Source of the DNA: Candidatus Cloacimonadales bacterium
Lineage (GTDB): Bacteria; Cloacimonadota; Cloacimonadia; Cloacimonadales; DAONDQ01
NCBI GenBank assembly: GCA_963662275.1
Contig: OY759316.1
Location: 3,520,001-3,584,000, forward strand
Length of the DNA: 64,000 bases
Reading direction: 5' to 3'
Shown here: piece by piece, positions 1 through 9,091 of the stretch
Position numbering within the stretch: the first letter of the stretch is position 1
Layout of the letters: each line of letters starts with the position of its first letter
Notes under the pieces: generated by a model
Seen by the model: the letters and a program-made list of their open reading frames with translations, nothing else
Databases searched by the model: none
What the model was told of the DNA's origin: nothing
Made by a program: the position numbers and the translations under genes

Positions 1-382
1 ATGATGATGCTTTCAGTACTACCTGATAAAATACATCAATAAGAATATCAGAACACTTAGTCCAGGCAAAGGTGTTGATCGTTCTGAAATCAGGTTCCTG
101 TTCTCCTGCCAGCCAGATAAAATTGATGTTCTCCCGAACAGCCTTAGCTATCTTCCGACAGGTATAAATACCATTGATATAGGCGTATACAATGATCTTC
201 AACATCATCTTGGGATGATAAGCAGGTGTACCTTCATCAGAGTATCTTGTATATAGCTCAGATAAGTCCAGTTGCTCAACGACATCGTTAACATAACGAA
301 CCATGTGCTGGGGAGGTATTCTCTCTTCAATATTAAGTCCATAGAGTGTCCCCTGATTCGGATTGTGCTCTCTGAAATTCAT
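1..382 (-). CDS. IS1182-family transposase, N-terminal part (runs off window start)
   Basis: Manual translation from ATG at 382: MNFREHNPNQ...GTPAYHPKMMLKIIVYAYINGIYTCRKIAKAVRENINFIWLAGEQEPDFRTINTF, which matches the DUF772 N-terminus of IS1182 transposases. Confidence 0.9.
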   Translation of the reverse strand, partial: MNFREHNPNQGTLYGLNIEERIPPQHMVRYVNDVVEQLDLSELYTRYSDEGTPAYHPKMMLKIIVYAYINGIYTCRKIAKAVRENINFIWLAGEQEPDFRTINTFAWTKCSDILIDVFYQVVLKASS

Positions 383-499
383 AATTCTCTCTATGCTTAG
401 TTTTTAAAGGCAACAATACACCCTATAACAATATGTCAAGATATATAACTAATTATTTAATAGTTGCTATTTTTCTATCATTTAGTTTCGGGACATCTC
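1..499 (-). mobile_element. IS1182-family element, left end
   Basis: Transposase 5' part plus a probable terminal IR (GAGATGTCCCGAAACTAAA on the minus strand, 481-499). The other end is outside the window. Confidence 0.7.
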
Positions 500-660
500 C
501 GAAAGATATTAACACTGGATTTCAATCCGGTGATGAGCGTTCGCATCGCGTCCTGCGGACTGAATACGAAACCATAAAACAAATGATATGCCTGATACAA
601 TTCTTTAAACAATACCGCTCCCTCATGGCACCTAAATAACCAAGTCACAAAAAAGAAAAC

Positions 661-745
661 AGCAGGTAATCAGTAGCTAACGAGAATCTAAAATAATTTA
701 GGAGCTGGTTAGGAGCTGATTAGTATCTGATTAGGTGCTGATTAG
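661..745. repeat. 11-bp tandem repeat (TTAGGAGCTGA-like x4) with a degenerate inverted partner
   Basis: Units at 698, 709, 720 and 731; inverted degenerate copy AGCAGGTAATCAGTAGCTAA at 661-680. Confidence 0.7.
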
Positions 746-816
746 CTTCTCATTGGAGAGCCATCTATGTGCATTCTGTCTGTCAAAACTTCGCTGATGC
801 AATAGTGTAGAGTAGG

Positions 817-1098
817 ATGCCGTTCCTGCTGAATGCATTGGCAGTTGGGTCGAATGGCATTCGCCACATTGCATCAGCCCACATGGATAACCTGATGGCT
901 CTGGATACACAATCAAACAGCCTGGAAGATGCCAGAGATTACATCAAAGCCCTCGCACCTTGGGTGAGTAATGATCAGATAGTCTACAACAGTAGTGATG
1001 AACCTATCGGTGTCTCCAGAGCACATGTTCCATTTCCACTCTTTATAGAAAAATTGGACGACTTCTGTCCAAATAGATTGAAAACGAGTCCAGCCTAG
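817..1098 (+). CDS. Hypothetical protein or gene fragment, 93 aa
   Basis: ORF with AGTAGG before the ATG and an inverted repeat (ACGAGTCCAG/CTGGACTCGT) overlapping the stop. No recognisable motif. Confidence 0.25.
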   Translation: MPFLLNALAVGSNGIRHIASAHMDNLMALDTQSNSLEDARDYIKALAPWVSNDQIVYNSSDEPIGVSRAHVPFPLFIEKLDDFCPNRLKTSPA

Positions 1099-1130
1099 AT
1101 GACTGGACTCGTATCAAATATGTATTTGGA

Positions 1131-4100
1131 CTATTTCAACATAACCATTTTCTTACAAGACTGATAATTGTTGGCTTTCATAAATAGATAATATACTCCA
1201 CTACTTACTTGTTTGCCAGCATTGTTAGTACCATCCCAATCGATCGAATATGAACCTGCCGAGACCTTTGATTGGATAAGATTCTTCACGATGTTACCCT
1301 TAATGTTGTACACACAGATAAGCACATTAACTGGTTCTTTGATAGAATATCGAATTGTAGTTTTGGGATTAAATGGATTGGGATAATTAGCATATAGTCT
1401 GGTTACTAAAGGTGCAACTTGGGGGTCATCATTAGCAACCGGAACAGACACTATCCATATCTGCTCAACTGTCGAAACGTTATCTGATACCACAGCTTTT
1501 ACTTGGAGCGTACCGGATTGAGTAAATTGATATGTAAATTCAACGGTCGAGTTGTTCTGATTTACATTATCCACGAACCAGCTATAACTTATAGGGCTGT
1601 CAATATCAGTTGCGTTAATACTGAAGCTTAGAGTTTCATTTAATGCTGCACTGAGCGATGTTTGGGTTGGTAAAAAGCTGATTATTATTGGAGGGTCATT
1701 AATTGGAGTTACTATAACTAATGCAGAATCAATGGCTGTTGCTCTGGTTACTCCATCACTCACTATAAAAATCAGGTTTTCCAAACCACTCCAATTTAGG
1801 GGAGAGTTGAAAACTATGGATAGTCCGGTTATTGAAGCAGTAATATTGGTATTACCTGTAACACTTAATGATAAGTTAGTATTATCAACGGCGCTGCAAT
1901 ACAGTGCAAAATTAACTGTCAAATTTGTGTCTTCATCGAAAGTAAATGACGCTGGTAAGTCTATTACGGGTGCATCATTCACAGGAGTTACAATCACATT
2001 TACTTGATCTGTAGAGTTTAGCAAACCGTCGCTTACTGTAAAGCTTACAGATTCATTTCCATTCCAATTTAGCGATGCTGTAATAGTTGCATTCATCCCA
2101 TTCATAACCACTGTAATATGATCTGTATTCTGAGCTGTGACTGTCAGATTTGTATTGTCAACATCGCTCACATAAGTTGCCATATTAACGACTAAATTAC
2201 TATCCTCTAAGAAACTAAACGATTCAGGAAGATTAATTACTGGAGCGTCATTTACAGGGGTCACTATAATGTCAGCTATATCAGAAGCAATAGCTCTGCC
2301 CATATTGTCATTTACTGTGAAGGTGACTTGTTCTGTACCGCTCCAGTTTAGTAATGCTCCCAATGTAACATTCATACCTGTTATTGCTACTGTCACGTTA
2401 GTGTTACCACTTGCTGTTAGCGTAAGAGTGTTATCCACATCGCTTGCATACAATACCATATTAATCGACAATGTGTTATCCTCAGCAAAAGTAAATGAAG
2501 CCGGCAAAATAATTACAGGGGCATCATTGACGGGGGTCACTACAATATTTACAGAAGCAGATGAAGTAGCTCTGCTTTCCCTGTTTAAGTTTTCTTTTAC
2601 ACTTGAGAATATCTTTACTCCTTCATACCCGTGTAGTCTACCACTTTTGTTACTAAGATCAATGTTCCCCTTACTGATTGTGCTTTTTCGACTTACATTA
2701 TCATTTACCGTAAAAGTCACTTGTTCCATCCCAAACCAGTTAAGAGAAGATGTAAAAGCAGCATTCATACCATTCATTGATACAGAAATATGTGCACTAT
2801 TCTGTGAGGTGATAGTTAAATTAGTGTTATCTACATCACTGACATATTGTGTCATATTGACTGTTAGTGTCCCGTCTTCGTCAAAAGTGAAAGAAGCTGG
2901 CATTGAGATTACTGGGGGGTCATTGACTGGCAATATGTTTACGTTAAATGTATCAGCGCATGTTGCTCTGTCTCGTGATATTGAATTTCTTGTTGATGAA
3001 GATCGAGATTGTATATCATTGGCTGTTATGGTTATGTTTGCTGTACCGCTTTGGTTGAGTACCGACGACATGATTAGAGTATTACCTGATACAAATGCAC
3101 TAATTATATTCGGATTATGCTCAACAGTATAAATCAGCAGGCCATCGTCATTGTCTACAAAGTAGTTATCAAGGTTTATCATAAACGTACTGAAATCCTC
3201 ATTCAAATTCATATCTGGCATTTCTTGAAATACATGGGGTACTTGATTAGTAACATTAATCATATTGGGGATAGTCAATGTACTGGTGATATTCAGACTG
3301 TTCCAGATAGTCAAGGTAACCGAATAGACACCCCTGCTATAGTAAATATGGGTTGGATTCTGTTCTGGGGATGTTGACCCATCTCCAAAATTCCAAAGCC
3401 AACTTGTTAGGATTCCATTGCCTGCTCGGGAAGTGTCCGTAAAGTGAACAGATAGTGGTGATGAACCTGCTGTAGCGCTTGCTGTAAAGGAAGCTACAGT
3501 ACTTAATGTAGATATCTTTGCCACGAAAATATCATCATTATTGTATAAGCTGGTAATTGAGTGAGAGTTAAAATTGGCTGCACTATTAAATCTTCCAGTA
3601 ACATAACCGTTCCCATTGCTATCTGATGAGATGCCTGTGGCAAGGTCTGTGTATGTTCCTCCCGAACGTGTCGCTGATATCCAGTTTCCTCCAATATCAA
3701 GTTTTGCCACAAAAATATCACTAGCACTATTGCTACCGATACTAGTAAGCGAAGCTGGTCCAAAATCGGCAGTGTTGTTAAATAAACCTGCAATATAAAT
3801 GTTCCCACCATTGTCTATATCGATGCAATTGCTCTGTTCTAGACCAGTTCCACCAGCTCGTTTTACCCACAACCAATTTCCGTATGTATCCAACTTGGCT
3901 ATATAGATGTCACTGTCACCATTACTGGTAAGTGGAGTAGAACCAAAATTGGCTGTTCCCATAAAATAACCGGTAACATAACTGTTCCCGTTGCTGTCAG
4001 TGGATATGCCACATCCATAATCGCTTTCTAATCCCCCTACGCCTTTTGCCCAGAGCCAAGTGCCTGTTGTATTGAGTTTAGCGATGATGATATCATAATT

Positions 4101-7100
4101 TCCGTTACTGGTCAGTAAGGTTGTACCAAAACTAGCTGAGCCAGAATAAATCCCAGTCAAATAGCAATTTCCACTAATGTCGATTGAAATACCCTGTCCA
4201 AAGTCATAGCCTGTACCTCCAGCTCCTTTTGCCCAAAGCCAGTTGCCGTTTGTATCTATTTTGGCAATAAAGATATCCCGCTCTCCAAAACTAGTTAGAG
4301 ATGTTGCACCGAAGGTAGCAGTGGAATTGAAATATCCTGTAACATAACTGTTCCCGTTACTATCGGTTGTAATACTTCGACCGTCATCACCATTGCTTGT
4401 ACCTCCTGCTCGTCTAGCCCAGAGCCAGTTGCCATTAGTATCTAGTTTGGCAACAAAAATATCACTGCGAAAAGTACTGATAAGCGTAGTATTGCCGAAA
4501 GTCGCATTAGTTTCAAAATTGCCGGTAACATAGCAGTTCCCACTATTGTCGATAGATATTGAGCGACCTTCGTCATGATCGCTAACTCCCCCGGCTTGTT
4601 TTGCCCAGAGCCAGTTGCCATTTGCACTAATCTTGGCAATAAATATATCCTCGTAACCACTACTGATAAGTGTAGTGGAACCAAAATTAGCTGTACCTTC
4701 GAAATATCCTGTAATATAGCTGTTTCCGTTGCTGTCGGTGGCCATGCTGTAACTCTCAGTATCTACGCTTTCTCCGACTCCCCCCGCACTCGTTGCCCAG
4801 AGCCAATCTTGAGTTTGTGCCGGAGGTGAGAAATTTGATGCATTTACTGAAATTTCATTAGAATAATCTGAATCACCTGCTACATTGAATGCCTTTACTC
4901 TATAATAATATGTCGTATTTGTTGTTAAATCAGTACTCAGATAAGAATTGATGCCTGTACTTACGGTAGTTATTTGTGACCAAGTACCGGCAGTTCCCAT
5001 TTTTCGTTCAATTTTAAAGCCATTCTCATTGTTAGAATTATCTGTCCATGATATTCTGACCTGTGTGGATGCAATTACCGATGAGACTAGATTGATCGGT
5101 GCAGGTAAAGCTCCCGGTTGAGAACCTGTAGATGCAAAAATCTCATTTGTATAACCTGAGTCACCTGCCCCATTAAATGCCTTAACTCTATAATAATAAA
5201 CTGTATTAGTAGTTAATCCTGTGTCCATAAATGAAGTAGTGCCTATACCAACAGTTGCTATTGGTGACCAAGTACCAGCAGATCCTGTTTTCCTTTCAAT
5301 TTTAAAACCATCTTCATTGGTAGAATTATCTGTCCATATGATATTAATTTGTGTAGATGCAAAGAGACTGGCACCAATATTAGATGGGGAATTTGGAATA
5401 GGTTGTGGGGTTATCAACGTCAGAGTATAGTTTTCGTTGTTCCTATTGGATGTAACATTAGAATAATCTCTATATGGAGGATCAATAGTATACCCAGGTA
5501 TTTGTAGTGTTGCTCTACCTGTCCACCCGATTTGAACTGGTTCTGAGTAAGAACCAACAATGTCTGTTTCAGTATCATTATTACCAAAGGTATCATTCGA
5601 AAATGCTATGTTCACATCAGACATTGCTATCCCTGCGCTGTTAAAAACATAACCACTGATATGAACATGATCTAATGGGGCTTCAGGTTGATTAATTGAT
5701 AAGTAAGACCCTGTTGGCGACCCTGAATTAAAATGTACAAGTATTGTTGCAGAACGAGCTGAACCAGTATTTGCTGTCGCAGTTAAAGTAAAACTGCTGG
5801 AACTGCTGTTAGTACAATTTATCCAGTCTATAGCCTCTGTAAATTGCCAAGTACCTGAAGTTGTTATCTGTACTATATGAGAGCCACCTGCAACAGGAAA
5901 AGTGATACTCGTAGGATTTACAGCATTCACAACTGTTGCTACTGTAGTCGCAAATGCTACGCTTGAATAATTTGAAAAACCTTGTGTATTGAATGCAATA
6001 ACCCTATAATAGTACGTAGTATTTGAGCTTAAACCTGTATCATTATAATTTATTATATTTGCCTGAACGCTATTAATTTGACACCAAGTACCATTAACTC
6101 CAGTTTTACGTTCGATATTAAATCCATTTTCATTGATTGAATTATCTGTCCAACTTAAGTAAATTTGAGATGATGAAAGAGGACTGGCAATCAAATTAGT
6201 TGGTGTAGATAAAATTGTTTGTACTCCATTTCCATATAATGCTACATTTACATTACTTGCTCCAGTTGATGAATGGGTACAATTGTAATTGTAAGATTGA
6301 ACATTAGTGGGTTGAAAACGCACCCAAATTGTTTGAGTGACTGTCCCATTAGTGTCATTTATGTTCAGCGTGTTCATATAAGTCCCACTTTGAGATGTTG
6401 AAATCAAATATCCTGATGCAGATTGAATAGTTATACCCCCAACAAGGTTCTCGCCAGAGAGTTGGTAGCTATATAGTGGCGAGTTTGTATTAACAATTAC
6501 GTTTCCAAAGTTCAATGAAGTAGGATTTACAGATATAGTAGGAGTGCCATAAACAGATTTGTAGTACGCGCTACCTAGATGTACATTGTTAGGCAAAGGT
6601 GCTGAGATATTTAGACTTGTTGAATAATCAATATCGTTCTTTGTCCATTTAATGAACCTTTTATTTGCTGTTATCTGTGGAGCTGTTAATGTGATTGTGG
6701 CACCATTGTTATAATATCTTTCGTAGGACGTTGTTCCTCCAGCGCTATTATTCATTAAATCTGTTCCTGTACCGTTTATTATAATGCCATTGTCTGGATT
6801 TTGGGATTCTACATACATAGTCTGTTGAGCATTTAATGGTTGAATTCCGATAATTGCTTCAGGGCTATTGTAATATGTCAGATTATCAAAATCTGGATTT
6901 GGAATTACAGGCGTGCCATCATCTAAGAAGTAATAGCCATCACAATTATCTTCATTACCCCATCCTAGATTGATATAAAATGCAGGTTCATCTGAGTATG
7001 TTTGAAAGCCGTGGATTATATAAGCATGACCCGTGTTTCCTGATACACCTCCATAAATCAAAGGTCTTCCTGCGTTCAATTCGGTTGTTAAGCTATTATA

Positions 7101-7976
7101 CCATGAACTCCAAGGAGTAATTACAAGCTTTGTAATATGTTGAGCGGAATTATTATAACGAAAATGATCTTCAAGAGCATTCAGAACATCGCTAAAATTC
7201 GCTTCGGATTCGTTACCCCAATTTGCATTGATAGCCACACCGCAGTTATATATAAGCTTTGATATTTCATTGATTTCACTTTGTGGACTTCCTGATGACA
7301 ATGATGGCGGCATCTCATACCAATCATAATGAGTTTGACCAAAATTTACTGTATAATTTCCTAGTTCACATGAATTCGTATGAGTTCCTTGTCCTACTAA
7401 TGGATAGTTCCAATATTTTAGCATTTGAGATAAAGCTACTGTAGCACATCCCGGATATACATGTTCACCACTTTGGACTGGAGTTTGATTATCATAAGGC
7501 TCCCCTGAGTTCCAATGAACATTAAAAGGAATTAAAATGTCTCTAGTGTTATCTCTTGGAACAAAAGAAGAAGTATCTGTCAATAAGTGTCTCCATGATT
7601 GGTTATACAATGTTGCTTCAATACTGTTCGAGTTTATTTCATCAATTTTTTTTAGCCATCTATCAATCATATCATTGATTTGATAATTCAATTTACTCTT
7701 ATTTATATTCAATTTGAAGTTGTATCCCATGATCGGTTTTACTTTGTCATCACCAGAAATAAAAATGAAACCGCTAGGTTTTAAATGAAGTAAGTAGATA
7801 CAATTAGTTTTATCTTTATTGGTAAGTATGTCAATTGAAGAAATTGCACTATTAGGAAAATTCCACTGTTTACACCAATTTAATCCAACAGTCTCTGATT
7901 GATCAATAGATATCGGTTTTGCAAAGAATATCGCAATTTGAACCAAGACGACAAGACTAAGAAGTGTCTTCTTCAT
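1131..7976 (-). CDS. Secreted C10 (streptopain-like) cysteine peptidase with Ig/Fn3, BACON, beta-propeller, PKD and cadherin-like repeats and a FlgD-Ig/T9SS-like CTD
   Basis: Signal peptide; Spi/I69-like prodomain; PGCATVALSQ (Cys), GHAYII (His), YINLGWG; three WTDNS..E.GF.IER Fn3 units; DSNGNSYVTG propeller repeats; WNFGDG PKD; PVNDAP repeats; NYPNPFNP...SSGVYY CTD. Confidence 0.9.
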   Translation of the reverse strand: MKKTLLSLVVLVQIAIFFAKPISIDQSETVGLNWCKQWNFPNSAISSIDILTNKDKTNCIYLLHLKPSGFIFISGDDKVKPIMGYNFKLNINKSKLNYQINDMIDRWLKKIDEINSNSIEATLYNQSWRHLLTDTSSFVPRDNTRDILIPFNVHWNSGEPYDNQTPVQSGEHVYPGCATVALSQMLKYWNYPLVGQGTHTNSCELGNYTVNFGQTHYDWYEMPPSLSSGSPQSEINEISKLIYNCGVAINANWGNESEANFSDVLNALEDHFRYNNSAQHITKLVITPWSSWYNSLTTELNAGRPLIYGGVSGNTGHAYIIHGFQTYSDEPAFYINLGWGNEDNCDGYYFLDDGTPVIPNPDFDNLTYYNSPEAIIGIQPLNAQQTMYVESQNPDNGIIINGTGTDLMNNSAGGTTSYERYYNNGATITLTAPQITANKRFIKWTKNDIDYSTSLNISAPLPNNVHLGSAYYKSVYGTPTISVNPTSLNFGNVIVNTNSPLYSYQLSGENLVGGITIQSASGYLISTSQSGTYMNTLNINDTNGTVTQTIWVRFQPTNVQSYNYNCTHSSTGASNVNVALYGNGVQTILSTPTNLIASPLSSSQIYLSWTDNSINENGFNIERKTGVNGTWCQINSVQANIINYNDTGLSSNTTYYYRVIAFNTQGFSNYSSVAFATTVATVVNAVNPTSITFPVAGGSHIVQITTSGTWQFTEAIDWINCTNSSSSSFTLTATANTGSARSATILVHFNSGSPTGSYLSINQPEAPLDHVHISGYVFNSAGIAMSDVNIAFSNDTFGNNDTETDIVGSYSEPVQIGWTGRATLQIPGYTIDPPYRDYSNVTSNRNNENYTLTLITPQPIPNSPSNIGASLFASTQINIIWTDNSTNEDGFKIERKTGSAGTWSPIATVGIGTTSFMDTGLTTNTVYYYRVKAFNGAGDSGYTNEIFASTGSQPGALPAPINLVSSVIASTQVRISWTDNSNNENGFKIERKMGTAGTWSQITTVSTGINSYLSTDLTTNTTYYYRVKAFNVAGDSDYSNEISVNASNFSPPAQTQDWLWATSAGGVGESVDTESYSMATDSNGNSYITGYFEGTANFGSTTLISSGYEDIFIAKISANGNWLWAKQAGGVSDHDEGRSISIDNSGNCYVTGNFETNATFGNTTLISTFRSDIFVAKLDTNGNWLWARRAGGTSNGDDGRSITTDSNGNSYVTGYFNSTATFGATSLTSFGERDIFIAKIDTNGNWLWAKGAGGTGYDFGQGISIDISGNCYLTGIYSGSASFGTTLLTSNGNYDIIIAKLNTTGTWLWAKGVGGLESDYGCGISTDSNGNSYVTGYFMGTANFGSTPLTSNGDSDIYIAKLDTYGNWLWVKRAGGTGLEQSNCIDIDNGGNIYIAGLFNNTADFGPASLTSIGSNSASDIFVAKLDIGGNWISATRSGGTYTDLATGISSDSNGNGYVTGRFNSAANFNSHSITSLYNNDDIFVAKISTLSTVASFTASATAGSSPLSVHFTDTSRAGNGILTSWLWNFGDGSTSPEQNPTHIYYSRGVYSVTLTIWNSLNITSTLTIPNMINVTNQVPHVFQEMPDMNLNEDFSTFMINLDNYFVDNDDGLLIYTVEHNPNIISAFVSGNTLIMSSVLNQSGTANITITANDIQSRSSSTRNSISRDRATCADTFNVNILPVNDPPVISMPASFTFDEDGTLTVNMTQYVSDVDNTNLTITSQNSAHISVSMNGMNAAFTSSLNWFGMEQVTFTVNDNVSRKSTISKGNIDLSNKSGRLHGYEGVKIFSSVKENLNRESRATSSASVNIVVTPVNDAPVIILPASFTFAEDNTLSINMVLYASDVDNTLTLTASGNTNVTVAITGMNVTLGALLNWSGTEQVTFTVNDNMGRAIASDIADIIVTPVNDAPVINLPESFSFLEDSNLVVNMATYVSDVDNTNLTVTAQNTDHITVVMNGMNATITASLNWNGNESVSFTVSDGLLNSTDQVNVIVTPVNDAPVIDLPASFTFDEDTNLTVNFALYCSAVDNTNLSLSVTGNTNITASITGLSIVFNSPLNWSGLENLIFIVSDGVTRATAIDSALVIVTPINDPPIIISFLPTQTSLSAALNETLSFSINATDIDSPISYSWFVDNVNQNNSTVEFTYQFTQSGTLQVKAVVSDNVSTVEQIWIVSVPVANDDPQVAPLVTRLYANYPNPFNPKTTIRYSIKEPVNVLICVYNIKGNIVKNLIQSKVSAGSYSIDWDGTNNAGKQVSSGVYYLFMKANNYQSCKKMVMLK

Positions 7977-8507
7977 TGTAGCCTCCAGGGACTTTATTAT
8001 TCATAATCTGTTCAATCTCTTTTAGACGATTACTTATTTTCATCTATTGTATTGCAAATCAAACTGCTTGAGCGATCATCTATCAATGGAAGATACTTAT
8101 TCATGTTCAATATGAGTAAACTAATCTGTAACATCTTTTTGTCAAGCAATTCTCGATTTTTGCAAGAAATGCAATGTAAGGCTATGCATTAAAACAAGAT
8201 AGTTATCTCTTTATCTATTTAATCAAAGCTACTGAACTGAATATTCCATAGATTATTCGCTTTGCAACATACAGATTGTGATACAGAGTTTAAATTTTCT
8301 ATACGAAGGGATTTCATTTTTGCATATGTTTAACATGATTTTCCTGACCAACTTTTAGATATGCCACCTACAAATATTCAGTGGCATCCATAGGCAAGCG
8401 GATTTGATAAAATCACCGGCAGCATGTTCCTATCACTCCGAATACAACATTTGGAGTATAGATGGAACAGGGCTTATTAGTTAGAGTCAAAGAACAGCAC
8501 ATATGAG

Positions 8508-8585
8508 CATTACGGTACCAATACGGTAGCAATACGGTATCATTACGGTAAAAAACCGTATTGCTACCGTAATGATATAGTAATG
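8508..8585. repeat. 11-bp tandem repeat CA(A/T)TACGGTAN x4 followed by inverted copies
   Basis: Units at 8508, 8519, 8530 and 8541; inverted ACCGTATTGCTACCGTAATG at 8555-8574. Confidence 0.85.
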
Positions 8586-9091
8586 GAACCACAGTTCATT
8601 TAAGATTTAAAATTGAAGATTGAAGATTTGTAGAGAATGGATGAAAGGCTTGGTTTGGACTGACCTTTATCCCGGTATAGACAAGTATAAAACTGGTATC
8701 AAATAAGTTTCGGGTATGTATGCTTCGTGCGAGTAAATATTGATAATACTCACGAGCAATTGTAACGATCACAGATTGCAGATGCTCCCTAGCCTGGAAT
8801 TCGTAGAGATAAATAATACTAAAGATAATAAAATTTAGCTTCATTATTAAATAAGCAACATTCGTATTTTAGTAAAAAATGAAATAATCAATTGACAGAT
8901 ATAATATCTATTATATATACTGAATAGTAATAACTTCAAAGATTTCATAGTGTGAAAGACTATGCTTATATTAAATACATCTAACATAGAAGAAAAAGAG
9001 CTTAACGTCCTTATCATCATTTAGCAGGGAGGGCTGACATTCTATCTTTGGAAAAACTAGACTTTCCAGAGTACAAGAAAGAGGAGATTGT

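Noticed and set aside
1732..5430. Plus-strand ORFs such as 2269-3132
   Set aside because: Antisense shadows of the repetitive protease gene.
7977..9091. Riboswitch or ncRNA in the long intergenic region
   Set aside because: No motif recognised by eye; an Rfam/Infernal scan would be needed.
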